Shown: positions 9,123-19,586 of the stretch, piece after piece
Layout: the number at the start of each line of letters is the position of its first letter
Position numbering within the stretch: the first letter of the stretch is position 1
Virus record (IMG/VR): IMGVR_UViG_3300032220_000132
Span: 207 to 64,206 of that record
Direction: 5' to 3' (one strand)
DNA length: 64,000 nt
Source: a virus
Lineage: Duplodnaviria; Caudoviricetes
Notes under the pieces: generated by a model
Database searches by the model: none
What the model saw: only the letters and a program-made list of their open reading frames with translations
Told to the model about the DNA's origin: nothing
Made by a program: the position numbers and the translations under genes

Positions 9123-10184
9123 ATGGCATCGACTTATTCACCACTAAAAATCGAGCTTATCGGTACAGGCGACCAGTCTGGTACTTGGGGTGCAACAACT
9201 AACACCAATTTAGGGACTGCATTAGAAGAAGCTATCACAGGTTCTGCCGATGTGACTTTTGCTAGTGGAAACGTTACAGTAACCCTTACAGATGTAAATA
9301 CTACTCAAACAGCTCGTAATCTGCGTTTAAACCTTACAGGTACTACTGCTGGCGCAAGACAGTTAATTCTTGGTTCAGGTTGCCAAATTGAGAAACTATA
9401 CCTAGTTAATAACGGTTGTGCAGATGCTATTACTGTTAAAAATACATCAGGTACAGGCATAGCCGTTCCTGCTGGTGCATCAATGTTTGTCTATAACAAC
9501 GGGACTAACGTAGTCGATGCGGTCACATACCTTAGTTCTTTAACTTTAGGAACAGCCCTACCCGTAGCTTCTGGCGGTACTGGAGTAACTTCTAGCGCAG
9601 CAGCGCCTTTTGCTCTTAAGGGTGCAAACTCTGACATTACTTCGCTGACTGGTTTAACCACTCCTTTATCAGTCAATCAAGGTGGTACAGGAGCTTCTAC
9701 TCTGGCTGGTGCAAACATCCCAGTTACCAACGTAGCCAACACATTTACAGGCTTACAGACTTTTGCTGGTACATCTTCTAATGCTGACTTAAAGACCTCT
9801 AATATTATTGAGACCGCTACAGTCTCCGCTACGGCAGCAACAGGCACGATTAACTACGATATTACGACTCAGTCAGTTTTATATTACACATCTAACGCAT
9901 CAGCAAACTGGACAGTAAACTTCCGTGGTTCTAGCGGTACATCGTTAAATACGATTATGGCTACTGGCGAGTCTATGTCTGTTACCTTCTTAGTTACTAA
10001 CGGATCGACCGCATATTACAACTCAGCAGTCCAAGTAGACGGAAGTTCCGTAACCCCTAAATGGCAAGGCGGTACAGCTCCTACTAGCGGAAACGCAAGC
10101 TCAATTGACAGCTACACTTATGTCATTATTAAAACAGGAAGTGCAGCATTTACAGTACTCGCAGCTCAAACTAAATTCGCTTAA
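9123..10184 (+). CDS. Tail fibre protein
   Basis: MASTYS...GTWGATTNTN N-terminus; LPVASGGTG repeats; C-terminal WQGGTAPT domain. Confidence 0.75.
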   Translation: MASTYSPLKIELIGTGDQSGTWGATTNTNLGTALEEAITGSADVTFASGNVTVTLTDVNTTQTARNLRLNLTGTTAGARQLILGSGCQIEKLYLVNNGCADAITVKNTSGTGIAVPAGASMFVYNNGTNVVDAVTYLSSLTLGTALPVASGGTGVTSSAAAPFALKGANSDITSLTGLTTPLSVNQGGTGASTLAGANIPVTNVANTFTGLQTFAGTSSNADLKTSNIIETATVSATAATGTINYDITTQSVLYYTSNASANWTVNFRGSSGTSLNTIMATGESMSVTFLVTNGSTAYYNSAVQVDGSSVTPKWQGGTAPTSGNASSIDSYTYVIIKTGSAAFTVLAAQTKFA

Positions 10185-10195
10185 AGGTTTTATAG

Positions 10196-13100
10196 ATGCC
10201 ACGCTTATCTAAAATTGGTGCAGCAGCCTTAGCAGCCTTTGGTTGGACAGGGTTGTCTTCTGTTACTGCAAGTTACCTTGTTGTTGCTGGTGGTGGTAGT
10301 GGGGGTGGAGGAAATCTTAGTGGTGGTGGCGGTGGTGGCGCTGGTGGATATTTAACTGGGTCTTTATCTTTAAATCCGTCACTTTCTTATACGGTAACTG
10401 TAGGTGCTGGAGGGACTGGTGGTTCAGGAAATGGAACAAATGGTTCAGATACAAGCGTATCTGGAACAGGAATAACAACTGTTACATCAACTGGCGGTGG
10501 TCGTGGTGCTGGTGCTGGTAGTACAACAGGAGCAAGCGGAGGTTCTGGCGGTGGAGGATCGGCTTCTGGTGCTGCTGCTGGCGGTTCTGGAACTAGCGGT
10601 CAAGGTAACGCTGGTGGTTCTGGAGCTAATTCTGGTGGATCAAATTGGGGTTCTGGCGGTGGAGGTGGTGCTTCTGCTGTTGGTGCTAATGGCTCAACTG
10701 GAGGTGGTAATGGAGGTGCTGGTTCTGCTTCTAGTATTTCAGGTTCTTCTGTAACCTATGCTGGAGGTGGCGGGGGTGCTGGAGATGCTGGTGGAAGTGG
10801 CTCTGGTGGCGCTGGAGGAGGAGGAGCTGGAAGCACAGGAACTCCTACCGCTGGTACTGCTAATTTAGGCGGTGGCGGTGGTGGTGGTAATACTGGTGCA
10901 AATGGCGGTTCAGGAATCGTCATCATCTCCTATGTAGGCGCACAACAATTCGGTGGCGGTGTCGTTACCTCAAGCGGTGGCAACACAATTCACACATTCA
11001 ATACATCTGGCACATTAAGCCCATTGTCCTCGTTGACAGCAAGCTATTTAATCGTAGCTGGCGGTGGTGGCGGTGGTGGTAGACGAGGTGGTGGTGGCGG
11101 TGCAGGTGGATTGCTTAGTGGTTCTAACTTAACGCTTGATACAAACTCGATCTATGCCGTTACTGTAGGTGCTGGCGGTGCTGGCGGTGTTGGAACACCA
11201 TCAACAGTTAATATTGGATCAAGTGGAACAAACTCTGCATTTAGCATGGTTTCAACTTCTGCTGTTGGCGGTGGTGGCGGTGCTGGAGATGGCGAAGGTG
11301 CTGGTCTAGCAGGAGGTTCTGGTGGTGGTGGCTCTAGTGGTGCTGGTGCTGCTGGTACATCAGGACAAGGAAATAATGGAGGAAGTGGGTCAAACGATGC
11401 GCCTAATTATGGCGGTGGCGGTGGTGGCGGTGCTTCTGCTGTCGGTTCAAACGGAACATCAACTGTTGGTGGTAATGGTGGCGCAGGAACTGCATCATCT
11501 ATTTCTGGCACATCTACTACCTATGCAGGTGGCGGTGGCGGTGGAACTTACCAAGGTGGAACTGCTGGAACAGGTGGTTCTGGTGGAGGTGGTGGTGGTG
11601 GAACAGGTGGTACTGACAATAACGGAACTGCTGGAACTAATGGTTTAGGCGGTGGCGGTGGTGGCGGTTCTATTCAGGCAGATTCATCTAACAGGGCTGG
11701 CGGCAATGGCGGTAGCGGTGTAGTAATCATCTCCTATCCAGGCTCTACTCAACAAATGGCTGGCGGTACAGTTACCGTAGCTGGCGGTAATGTAATCCAC
11801 ACATTCACATCAAGCGGATACCTAACCCCAATCGTGTTAGTAAATAACTCATTGCGTTTCCGTTCAAGTGCTTCTGCTTATTTAAATCGTACATTTACAC
11901 AAAGCGGTGATACTCAAAAGTTTACTCAATCTGTTTGGTGTAAGCGTGGAACTTTAGGCGCATTCCAAACAATTGGTTATACATTTTTTACAGGTACATA
12001 TAACGGTCAAATGCGTTTTAATTCAAACGATACGCTAGACATTTATGTTTATTACGATGGTTCTTCTTACACTGGTCAATTATCAACCACCCAAGTATTT
12101 CGTGACCCATCTGCTTGGTATCACTTTGTCTTAGCTGTAGATACAACACAAGCTACTGCATCAAACAGAATTAAATTCTATGTTAATGGAGTTCAAGTAA
12201 CTGCATTTGGAACAGCAAACTACCCAAATCAAAACCAAGCATTATTGTGGAATGCGTCTGGCAATACTGGCTATTTTATAAATGCACAGCAAGGAAATCA
12301 AAATTTCTTTGATGGCTACTTAGCCGAATTAAATTATATTGACGGTCAAGCCCTAACACCAAACAGCTTCGGTACATCTAACGGACTCGGTGTCTGGCAA
12401 CCTATCCGCTACGGTGGTAGCTACGGAACAAACGGCTTCTACTTGCCAATGACTGTAAGTAGTTCAACTGTCTCTGCAAACTATTTAGTAGTGGCTGGTG
12501 GAGGCGGTGGCGGTTCACGGTTTGGTGGTGGTGGTGGTGCTGGTGGATTCTTAACTAGTACAACATCACTTAATTCAGCAACTGCGTATGCCGTTACTGT
12601 TGGTGCAGGTGGAGCTGGTTCTCCAGCAAATAATGGTTCAGCAGGTACAGTATCAGCAGCAACTGCTGGTTCTAATTCAGTATTTAATGCAATCACATCT
12701 ACTGGCGGTGGTGCTGGTGGTGCAGGTGACGATAATAACGCAGCAGGTTCTACTGGCGGTTCTGGTGGTGGTTCAGCTGGTCGTTTTGCTTGTTCTGGAT
12801 ACGCTGGTACTAGTGGTCAAGGTAATGCAGGTGGTAGCTCAACTGGAACTTTAATTGCTGGATCAGACACATATCGTGGCTCAGGCGGTGGTGGAGCTGG
12901 CGGTGCAGGGTCTATATCAACAAACTCTAGTCCTTTTGGCGGGCAAGGTGGTGTTGGTTTAACCTCGTCTATATCTGGAACTTCAACATACTATGCAGGT
13001 GGTGGTGGTGGAGCTACTGGAGCTGGTCCTGGTGGAGAAGGTCAACAAAGTCCAGCCACAGGTGGATTAGGTGGTGGCGGCAACGGTGGAAATGCAACAC

Positions 13101-15019
13101 CAACAGCACCTGCATCTGGCACAGCAAATCTTGGTGGCGGTGGCGGGGGTGGTTACTATTCAGGTCCATCCAATCCAAATAACGGAGCAGGTGGCGCTGG
13201 TGGCTCAGGTGTTGTTATTGTTTCTTATGCTGGCACACAGAGGTTTGTTGGCGGTAATGTTGGAAATGCTGGTGGAAATACAATCCACACCTTCACAACA
13301 TCTGGCACATTAACACCTATTGGTCTTGACTATTCCCCACAGGGTAACAACTGGACAGCTAATAACATCAGCCTAACTGCTGGCTCTACTTATGACAGCA
13401 TGACCGATGTTCCTACGCTGACAAGTGCTACGGTGGCTAATTATTGCACTTTGAATCCGCTTGACTATGGTTCACGCAGTACATCAACATTTGGTGGTGG
13501 CAACCTTAATGTAAGCAATGCTAATGGCGGTTCAGCAGATAGTATTTATCGTTCAACTTTTGGTGTTTCTAGCGGTAAATGGTATTTTGAAACTACATTT
13601 ACACAAATGTATAACGATGAAGCATGGGTAGGTATTGCAAGAGGTTCAGATTCTTTTACACTTAAAACATCTTCTAATCCTTTTTATGTAGGTACTTATA
13701 CATACAATTCTTATTATGCAAGTGGAGTTAAACTTGCCAGCGGTTCGTCTAGTTCTTATGGAGCTTCATGGACAGCTAATGATGTTATTGGTGTAGCTTT
13801 AGATTTAGATGCTGGAACACTTACATTTTATAAAAATAACTCAAGTCAAGGCACAGCATTTACTGGTCTTACTGGAACTTGGTTTCCTACAGTTCTAAAT
13901 GGTGGTGGTAATAGTGCAATCGTAGTTAACTTTGGTCAACGCCCATTCGCCTACACCCCACCAACAGGTTTTGTAAGACTAAACACATTTAACTTACCTA
14001 CTCCTACGATTGGTGCTACTGCATCTACAACAGCGAATAAGTATTTTAATGCTGTTCTTTATACTGGAAATGGTGGTACTCAATCGGTAACAGGTGTTGG
14101 ATTTCAACCTGATATGGTTTGGAATAAATCAAGAAGTAGTGCATTTGACCATGGAATAAATGATGCTGTAAGAGGTGCTGGTAATACAGTATTGCCAAAC
14201 ACAACAAACTCTGAACAGGCTTGGCAAATATACTTTACATCTTTTGACTCAGATGGTTTTAGTATGGGAAGTGGCGGTGGGACTTTTAATGCCACATCTG
14301 GTAGCTATGTAGCTTGGAACTGGAAAGCCAACGGAGCAGGCTCAACCAACACAAACGGTTCTATTAACTCTACAGTAAGTGCTAATACAACTGCTGGATT
14401 TAGTGTTGTTACTTATACAGGTAATGGAGCAAACTCAACAGTAGGACATGGGTTAGGTGTAGCACCAGCCATGTATATTGTTAAAAGACGAAATAATGCC
14501 GATGCTTGGTTTGTGTATAGCAATCAATTAGCGGCAACTCAATATTTAAGATTAAATTCAAGTAATGCTGCCGCAACATTTAACTTTTGGCAAAATACTG
14601 CACCAACATCATCTGTGTTTTATATTTCAACCGATGTTAGTGTAAATGCAAGTTCAGACACCTATGTAGCCTACTGCTTTGCACAAGTCGCTGGATACTC
14701 TGCATTTGGCTCATACACAGGTAATGGTTCTAGTGATGGAACTTTTGTGTTTACTGGGTTTAGACCACGCTATATTTTGATTAAATCTACTGGTGTTGAA
14801 GATTGGGCAATTATTGATTCTTCTAGAAGCTCTTACAACATTCAAGGTGCTGATTTATACGCAGACTTATCTATTGCCGAGGGAACTTCTCAGGCAATGG
14901 ACTTTTTAAGTAATGGTGTAAAGATGAGAAACACAGGTGGCTCTTGGAACGCTAATGGAGTAACTTACATATACATGGCATTTGCCGAATCACCTTTTAA
15001 ATACGCTAACGCAAGATAG
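10196..15019 (+). CDS. Large tail fibre/receptor-binding protein: 3 glycine-rich modules + LamG/ConA-like + SPRY-like + C-terminal domain
   Basis: YLVVAGGG...GGSGxVIISY modules; FRDPSAWYHFVLAVDTTQ (LamG); SGKWYFE...DVIGVALDLDAGTLTFYKN (SPRY); YTGNG repeats. Confidence 0.85.
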   Translation: MPRLSKIGAAALAAFGWTGLSSVTASYLVVAGGGSGGGGNLSGGGGGGAGGYLTGSLSLNPSLSYTVTVGAGGTGGSGNGTNGSDTSVSGTGITTVTSTGGGRGAGAGSTTGASGGSGGGGSASGAAAGGSGTSGQGNAGGSGANSGGSNWGSGGGGGASAVGANGSTGGGNGGAGSASSISGSSVTYAGGGGGAGDAGGSGSGGAGGGGAGSTGTPTAGTANLGGGGGGGNTGANGGSGIVIISYVGAQQFGGGVVTSSGGNTIHTFNTSGTLSPLSSLTASYLIVAGGGGGGGRRGGGGGAGGLLSGSNLTLDTNSIYAVTVGAGGAGGVGTPSTVNIGSSGTNSAFSMVSTSAVGGGGGAGDGEGAGLAGGSGGGGSSGAGAAGTSGQGNNGGSGSNDAPNYGGGGGGGASAVGSNGTSTVGGNGGAGTASSISGTSTTYAGGGGGGTYQGGTAGTGGSGGGGGGGTGGTDNNGTAGTNGLGGGGGGGSIQADSSNRAGGNGGSGVVIISYPGSTQQMAGGTVTVAGGNVIHTFTSSGYLTPIVLVNNSLRFRSSASAYLNRTFTQSGDTQKFTQSVWCKRGTLGAFQTIGYTFFTGTYNGQMRFNSNDTLDIYVYYDGSSYTGQLSTTQVFRDPSAWYHFVLAVDTTQATASNRIKFYVNGVQVTAFGTANYPNQNQALLWNASGNTGYFINAQQGNQNFFDGYLAELNYIDGQALTPNSFGTSNGLGVWQPIRYGGSYGTNGFYLPMTVSSSTVSANYLVVAGGGGGGSRFGGGGGAGGFLTSTTSLNSATAYAVTVGAGGAGSPANNGSAGTVSAATAGSNSVFNAITSTGGGAGGAGDDNNAAGSTGGSGGGSAGRFACSGYAGTSGQGNAGGSSTGTLIAGSDTYRGSGGGGAGGAGSISTNSSPFGGQGGVGLTSSISGTSTYYAGGGGGATGAGPGGEGQQSPATGGLGGGGNGGNATPTAPASGTANLGGGGGGGYYSGPSNPNNGAGGAGGSGVVIVSYAGTQRFVGGNVGNAGGNTIHTFTTSGTLTPIGLDYSPQGNNWTANNISLTAGSTYDSMTDVPTLTSATVANYCTLNPLDYGSRSTSTFGGGNLNVSNANGGSADSIYRSTFGVSSGKWYFETTFTQMYNDEAWVGIARGSDSFTLKTSSNPFYVGTYTYNSYYASGVKLASGSSSSYGASWTANDVIGVALDLDAGTLTFYKNNSSQGTAFTGLTGTWFPTVLNGGGNSAIVVNFGQRPFAYTPPTGFVRLNTFNLPTPTIGATASTTANKYFNAVLYTGNGGTQSVTGVGFQPDMVWNKSRSSAFDHGINDAVRGAGNTVLPNTTNSEQAWQIYFTSFDSDGFSMGSGGGTFNATSGSYVAWNWKANGAGSTNTNGSINSTVSANTTAGFSVVTYTGNGANSTVGHGLGVAPAMYIVKRRNNADAWFVYSNQLAATQYLRLNSSNAAATFNFWQNTAPTSSVFYISTDVSVNASSDTYVAYCFAQVAGYSAFGSYTGNGSSDGTFVFTGFRPRYILIKSTGVEDWAIIDSSRSSYNIQGADLYADLSIAEGTSQAMDFLSNGVKMRNTGGSWNANGVTYIYMAFAESPFKYANAR

Positions 15020-15027
15020 GAACTAAT

Positions 15028-15465
15028 ATGTTTATTAGACAAGACGAAATCAGACCAGATGACCGCTACTACTGGGTAACGGCAAACGAGAACGGCTCAT
15101 ATACTGCCACGCCAAAGGCACTGGAAGACCGTGAAGAAGTTGACAAAGACGGCAACCCAATGTTTGTAAAGGTCTTGGGCGAGGTTGATGGTAAGCCAGC
15201 AATGGTGGATTCTACCAAACGACTCGTCACCAAAGGTCTCAAATCAAACCACATTGCACAGGTCAAGCAGACAGCCAACTCCATCCTATCCCAAACCGAT
15301 TGGATGGTAATCCGCAAAGCCGAGCGCAATGTAGACATCCCAGCCGATACCGTAGTGTATCGTGCTGCTGTAGTAGCTAAGGCATCCGAACTAGAAACCG
15401 CTATCTCTGCCGTAACTAGCGTAGAAGAACTTATTGCTTTAAACCTATCATTTCCAACGGAGTAA
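15028..15465 (+). CDS. Tail fibre assembly chaperone-like protein
   Basis: LSQTDWMVIRKAE...YRAAV motif; directly after fibre gene. Confidence 0.6.
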   Translation: MFIRQDEIRPDDRYYWVTANENGSYTATPKALEDREEVDKDGNPMFVKVLGEVDGKPAMVDSTKRLVTKGLKSNHIAQVKQTANSILSQTDWMVIRKAERNVDIPADTVVYRAAVVAKASELETAISAVTSVEELIALNLSFPTE

Positions 15466-15468
15466 TCA

Positions 15469-15834
15469 ATGGCACACTTTGCAAAAATAGAAAATGGCGT
15501 AGTTGTACAAGTAGTTGTAGCTGAAGAGGCGTTTATCGCTACTGGTGCGTTGGGCGATCCAGCAAACTGGGTACAGACATCCTACAACACCCGTGGTGGA
15601 GTTCACTATAACCAAGACGGCACACCTAGCGGTCGTGAGCCACTACATAAAAACTATGCAGGTATCGGTTATACATGGGACGGCACAGGATTTGCTGCTC
15701 CACAACCATTCCCAAGCTGGTCAATGAACCAAGATTCTTATCTATGGGAGTCCCCAGTACCGTATCCAAACGATGACAAACGCTACTCGTGGGACGAGGC
15801 TACAACCTCATGGGTTGAGTTAGAAACCGTATGA
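15469..15834 (+). CDS. Tail-associated hypothetical protein
   Basis: MAHFAK...WVQTSYN...KNYAGIGYTWD...PQPFPSW, commonly adjacent to Gly-rich fibres. Confidence 0.7.
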   Translation: MAHFAKIENGVVVQVVVAEEAFIATGALGDPANWVQTSYNTRGGVHYNQDGTPSGREPLHKNYAGIGYTWDGTGFAAPQPFPSWSMNQDSYLWESPVPYPNDDKRYSWDEATTSWVELETV

Positions 15835-16040
15835 AAGCCGTATACGAAGCTCAACTAGTTGATGGGCAAGTACAGCCTAAACACGAAGTTGAGATTGTGT
15901 GTGCTGCGTGTGGGTATGACCTAGATACATCTGAGTTAGAGGCAGATACTTGTGCCGATTGCAGTGCGCCCTTGAACCTAAAGCAGCATATATCTATCCA
16001 TGCAACTTCAGTCCCTGCCGCTGGCGGAGAGGTATTTTAA
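15831..16040 (+). CDS. Zn-ribbon small protein
   Basis: CAAC...CADC. Confidence 0.6.
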   Translation: MKAVYEAQLVDGQVQPKHEVEIVCAACGYDLDTSELEADTCADCSAPLNLKQHISIHATSVPAAGGEVF

Positions 16041-16048
16041 ATTGAATC

Positions 16049-16501
16049 ATGGCAGACGAACTGGGGTTATCGGCTGGTGCTAAAGGCATTAGTGAAGGGA
16101 TAAAAACTGGACGGGAAGCTGGTCGAGAGATTGGCAAAAACATCGAGGAAGTACAGAAGGAAGCAGTAGATGTTGCAAAGCAGCAAGCAAACGCAAGGAT
16201 TCGTGAGCGTAGAGAAGCAGAGTTAAAGAAAGAACGGGCGATATTTAAAGCCCTTGAGGAGTACAAACACCGCAAAAAGATAAGCGATGAAGAGTACAAA
16301 TTAAGGGTGGACTTTATAAAGCAGCACGGCACCAAAGAGTGGCAAAAGGTGCTAGACATCAAGACCGAGATTGAACGGCTTGAGAAGGAAGACAAGAAGT
16401 ATTTTGATGCCGAGTTATCAAAGGTTAAATGGGTGCAGTTCTGGTGCTTTTTGGTAGCTGCTTGGATTGCTTATTACATAGTATGGGGGTCTAAAAGATG
16501 A
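16049..16501 (+). CDS. Coiled-coil protein with C-terminal TM helix
   Basis: Charged helical body; hydrophobic C-terminus. Confidence 0.65.
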   Translation: MADELGLSAGAKGISEGIKTGREAGREIGKNIEEVQKEAVDVAKQQANARIRERREAELKKERAIFKALEEYKHRKKISDEEYKLRVDFIKQHGTKEWQKVLDIKTEIERLEKEDKKYFDAELSKVKWVQFWCFLVAAWIAYYIVWGSKR

Positions 16502-16758
16502 ATATGCAAGACGTACTAAAGGCGGTTATTCCGATCTTGGTAGCCTGTATAGCGTGGCTACTCGGTCAAGTATCCTCATTCCAAACCCGCCTAACTCAAA
16601 TCGAGGGCAAGATGCCCGCCCTAATTACTTCGGAAGGCATCCCAACGGACAGCCCTATTTCAGCCGAGCGCAGGGCAAAGATGCGTGAGGAACTGTACAA
16701 AGAACTCCATGACCTCCATGTGCGGGTCAAACTCTTAGAAGAAAGAGGAAAGAAATGA
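16498..16758 (+). CDS. Membrane protein (holin-like)
   Basis: N-terminal TM helix plus coiled coil, in lysis cluster. Confidence 0.55.
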   Translation: MNMQDVLKAVIPILVACIAWLLGQVSSFQTRLTQIEGKMPALITSEGIPTDSPISAERRAKMREELYKELHDLHVRVKLLEERGKK

Positions 16759-17240
16759 TTACCCTATTTACTACCCTTATATCGTTCCTGTCAGGCGGAC
16801 TACCTAGCCTACTGGGATTTTTTCAAGACAAGTCCGACAAGAGGCATGAGATGGAAATGGCTCGTTTGCAGACCGAACGGGAACTCCAGATGATAGAGCG
16901 TGGTTTCCAAGCACAAGCCCATGTAGAAGAGATTAAGACCCAGCAGATTGAGATGCAGACCCAAGCCCAAGAAAGGGCGTCTTTGTATGCCCACGACATC
17001 GAGATTGGCAAGGGAGCTTCCCAGTGGGTTACAAATTCACGGGCAATGGTTAGACCTGCCATTACCTACGGTATGTTCTTGATGTTCATGTTTGTAGAAC
17101 TGTTTGGGTTCTGGTTTGCCTTCCATCGGGAAGTGCCATTTGACGTGGCGTTAAACCTCCTATGGGATGATGAGACCCAGATTATCTGGGCAAGTATTGT
17201 TTCTTTCTGGTTTGGAACACAGGCATTTTCTAAGAAATGA
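16755..17240 (+). CDS. Holin-like membrane protein
   Basis: RAMVRPAITY and IVSFWFG motifs, multiple TM helices, upstream of lysozyme. Confidence 0.65.
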   Translation: MITLFTTLISFLSGGLPSLLGFFQDKSDKRHEMEMARLQTERELQMIERGFQAQAHVEEIKTQQIEMQTQAQERASLYAHDIEIGKGASQWVTNSRAMVRPAITYGMFLMFMFVELFGFWFAFHREVPFDVALNLLWDDETQIIWASIVSFWFGTQAFSKK

Positions 17241-17713
17241 AAGTAAGCGATAAAGCCATCAAGATGATAAAACATCATGAAGGTTGCAAACAACGTCCCT
17301 ACCGCTGTCCCGCAAAATTGTGGACGATTGGTGTCGGGCATGTACTCTACCCACGGCAAGGAGCTTTAAAGATAGAAGAACGGGATGCCTACCCACTGGA
17401 GTACAAGGATGACCGTACCTTTTCAATGGAGGAAGTAGATGACATTCTTAGAGACGATCTTAATCGCTTTGAGCGAGGTGTTGAACGCTTCTGTCCTGTC
17501 AAGCTCACTCAAGGTCAATTCGATGCTCTTGTATCTTTTAGCTTTAATGTTGGTCTGGGAACACTACAGCGCAGCACCCTCCGTCAGAAGGTTATTCGGG
17601 GCGAAATGGAAGAAGCGGCAGAAGAGTTCTTGAAATATACGCTGGCTGGGGGTAAAGTACTGAAAGGTCTAGTAACCCGCAGGAACGATGAACGTGCCTT
17701 ATTCTTGAGTTAA
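17237..17713 (+). CDS. Endolysin, GH24 phage lysozyme
   Basis: IKHHEG...PYRCPA...WTIGVGH, QFDALVSFSFNVG, GLVTRRNDE. Confidence 0.92.
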   Translation: MKVSDKAIKMIKHHEGCKQRPYRCPAKLWTIGVGHVLYPRQGALKIEERDAYPLEYKDDRTFSMEEVDDILRDDLNRFERGVERFCPVKLTQGQFDALVSFSFNVGLGTLQRSTLRQKVIRGEMEEAAEEFLKYTLAGGKVLKGLVTRRNDERALFLS

Positions 17714-17714
17714 T

Positions 17715-19586
17715 ATGCCACTACAGAAACTACAATTTAAGCCAGGGGTCAACCGAGATCAGACCAACTACACTAACGAAGGTGGCTGGTTTCAATGTGA
17801 CAAAATTCGTTTCCGTTCTGGCTATCCTCAAAAAATAGGCGGTTGGCTACGCTACGGCACATTTACCATTATTGGTATTTGCCGTCAGATGTTTAACTGG
17901 GTCACTACCCAAAGCGATAACTACCTTGCGATGGGGACTAGCAAAAAGGTCTACCTAGAGGCTGGAACGGAGGTCTATGACATTACCCCCTTACAGCATA
18001 CTTCTACTACCCTAGGGGCTGCTGCTGGTCCGTTTACGGCTACTTCAGGCTCTTCTACTCTTACAGTATCTTATTCTACCGATACCGCCTACAACCCAGA
18101 GGTAGGCAACTATGTGACTTATTCTGGTGTTGTTAGCTTAGGCGGGAACATTACTGCTTTAGTCTTAAATGCTGAGTTTGGCTACGAAATTCTAACCGTC
18201 AATACGGCTGCAAAAACCTACACCATATCCGTTACAGCTACGGCAAACGGCTCTGATACAGGCAAAGGCGGAGCAACCGTTACAGCCGAGTACGACATTG
18301 ATGTCGGTTATGACGTAGATACTTACGGCTATGGCTGGGGCGCTGGTGCTTGGAGTCGTTTGGGTTGGGGTTCTGGCGCAGTGACTCCTGTTGTTTTACA
18401 GCAAAGGGATTGGTTCTTCAATAACTTTGACAACGACCTAGTAATGAATATTCGCAATGGTCCAATCTATTACTGGCAACGTTCTGCTGGTATTACATCC
18501 CGTGCAGCCCTGTTATCCGCTACTACCCTTAATGGCATAGCCCCAGCAGATGTACCAACAGAAGCTACCGAGATTCTGGTATCTCAAAACGACAAACATC
18601 TTATTTGTTTTGGTGCTACCCCTTATGGTGGTGGAGACTTTGACCCTCTATTAATCCGTTGGGCTACCCAAGATCAGCCCAATGTTTGGACTCCGTTAGT
18701 GACTAACTCGGCAGGGTTCCTACGCTTATCCCGTGGGTCTAAGATTGTTTGTGCCGTTACAACCCGTCAGGAGATCCTAGTCTATACCGAGGGAACGCTT
18801 AATTCCTTCCAGTTTTTAGGCACTACAGACGTATTCGGTGTTCAAGAACTTGCCGACAACATATCTATTATTAGCCCAAGAGCCGTATCCGTGGTTAATA
18901 ACGTAGCCTACTGGATGGGAAAAGATAAGTTCTATGCGTATTCTGGACGGGTAGAAACACTTCCATCTACTTTAAGAAATCATGTCTTTACCAACCTCAA
19001 CTTTGCTCAGGCAGATCAGATTATTACTGGTACTAATGAAGGCTGGAATGAGATTTGGTGGTTCTATCCTACCGCCAATAGTCAGGTTAACGATGCCTAT
19101 GTGGTCTATAACCATCTAGAAAAGATCTGGTACTACGGCACAATTAACCGCACTGCATGGCTAGATTCTCCTGTTAGAGAATACCCTCAAGCGGTTGGCG
19201 ATAATAAGCTTTATAACCACGAGCTGGGTTCTAATGATGACACCCTACCGTTACTTGCCAATATCGCCTCCTCAGACTTTGACCTTGTGGACGGGGATCA
19301 GTTCATCCTGACCAAACGGATCATCCCTGATATTAACTTTAGTGGCTCTACGGCTGCTACCCCAACCGCTACTATGTACATTAAGCCAAGGAACTTCCCT
19401 GGCAACGCTTATACCAACACAGAATCCCAGAACGTTATTGAGACCTCCGTAGACGTATATACCGAGCAGATCTTTATGCGGGCTAGGGCTAGACAGATGG
19501 CAATTGAGATTGCTTCTACAGACTTAAATGTCCAGTGGCAGTTGGGTAGTCCTAGATTAGACGGTAGACCAGATGGGCGCAGATAA
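17715..19586 (+). CDS. Tail nozzle / DNA-stabilisation protein (P22 gp10 / tubular B-like)
   Basis: FKPGVNR...DKIRFR..PQKIGGW; LIRWATQD; EIWWFYP; ends PDGRR. Confidence 0.75.
   Translation: MPLQKLQFKPGVNRDQTNYTNEGGWFQCDKIRFRSGYPQKIGGWLRYGTFTIIGICRQMFNWVTTQSDNYLAMGTSKKVYLEAGTEVYDITPLQHTSTTLGAAAGPFTATSGSSTLTVSYSTDTAYNPEVGNYVTYSGVVSLGGNITALVLNAEFGYEILTVNTAAKTYTISVTATANGSDTGKGGATVTAEYDIDVGYDVDTYGYGWGAGAWSRLGWGSGAVTPVVLQQRDWFFNNFDNDLVMNIRNGPIYYWQRSAGITSRAALLSATTLNGIAPADVPTEATEILVSQNDKHLICFGATPYGGGDFDPLLIRWATQDQPNVWTPLVTNSAGFLRLSRGSKIVCAVTTRQEILVYTEGTLNSFQFLGTTDVFGVQELADNISIISPRAVSVVNNVAYWMGKDKFYAYSGRVETLPSTLRNHVFTNLNFAQADQIITGTNEGWNEIWWFYPTANSQVNDAYVVYNHLEKIWYYGTINRTAWLDSPVREYPQAVGDNKLYNHELGSNDDTLPLLANIASSDFDLVDGDQFILTKRIIPDINFSGSTAATPTATMYIKPRNFPGNAYTNTESQNVIETSVDVYTEQIFMRARARQMAIEIASTDLNVQWQLGSPRLDGRPDGRR

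Noticed and set aside
10497-13313. Val/Leu-rich alternative-frame ORFs within the tail fibre gene
   Set aside because: Shadows of GGT/GCT codon repeats; no convincing RBS and low-complexity products, unlike the 30104 nested gene.
10196-15019. Diversity-generating retroelement targeting the fibre
   Set aside because: No reverse transcriptase ORF and no template/variable repeat pair differing at adenines was seen.
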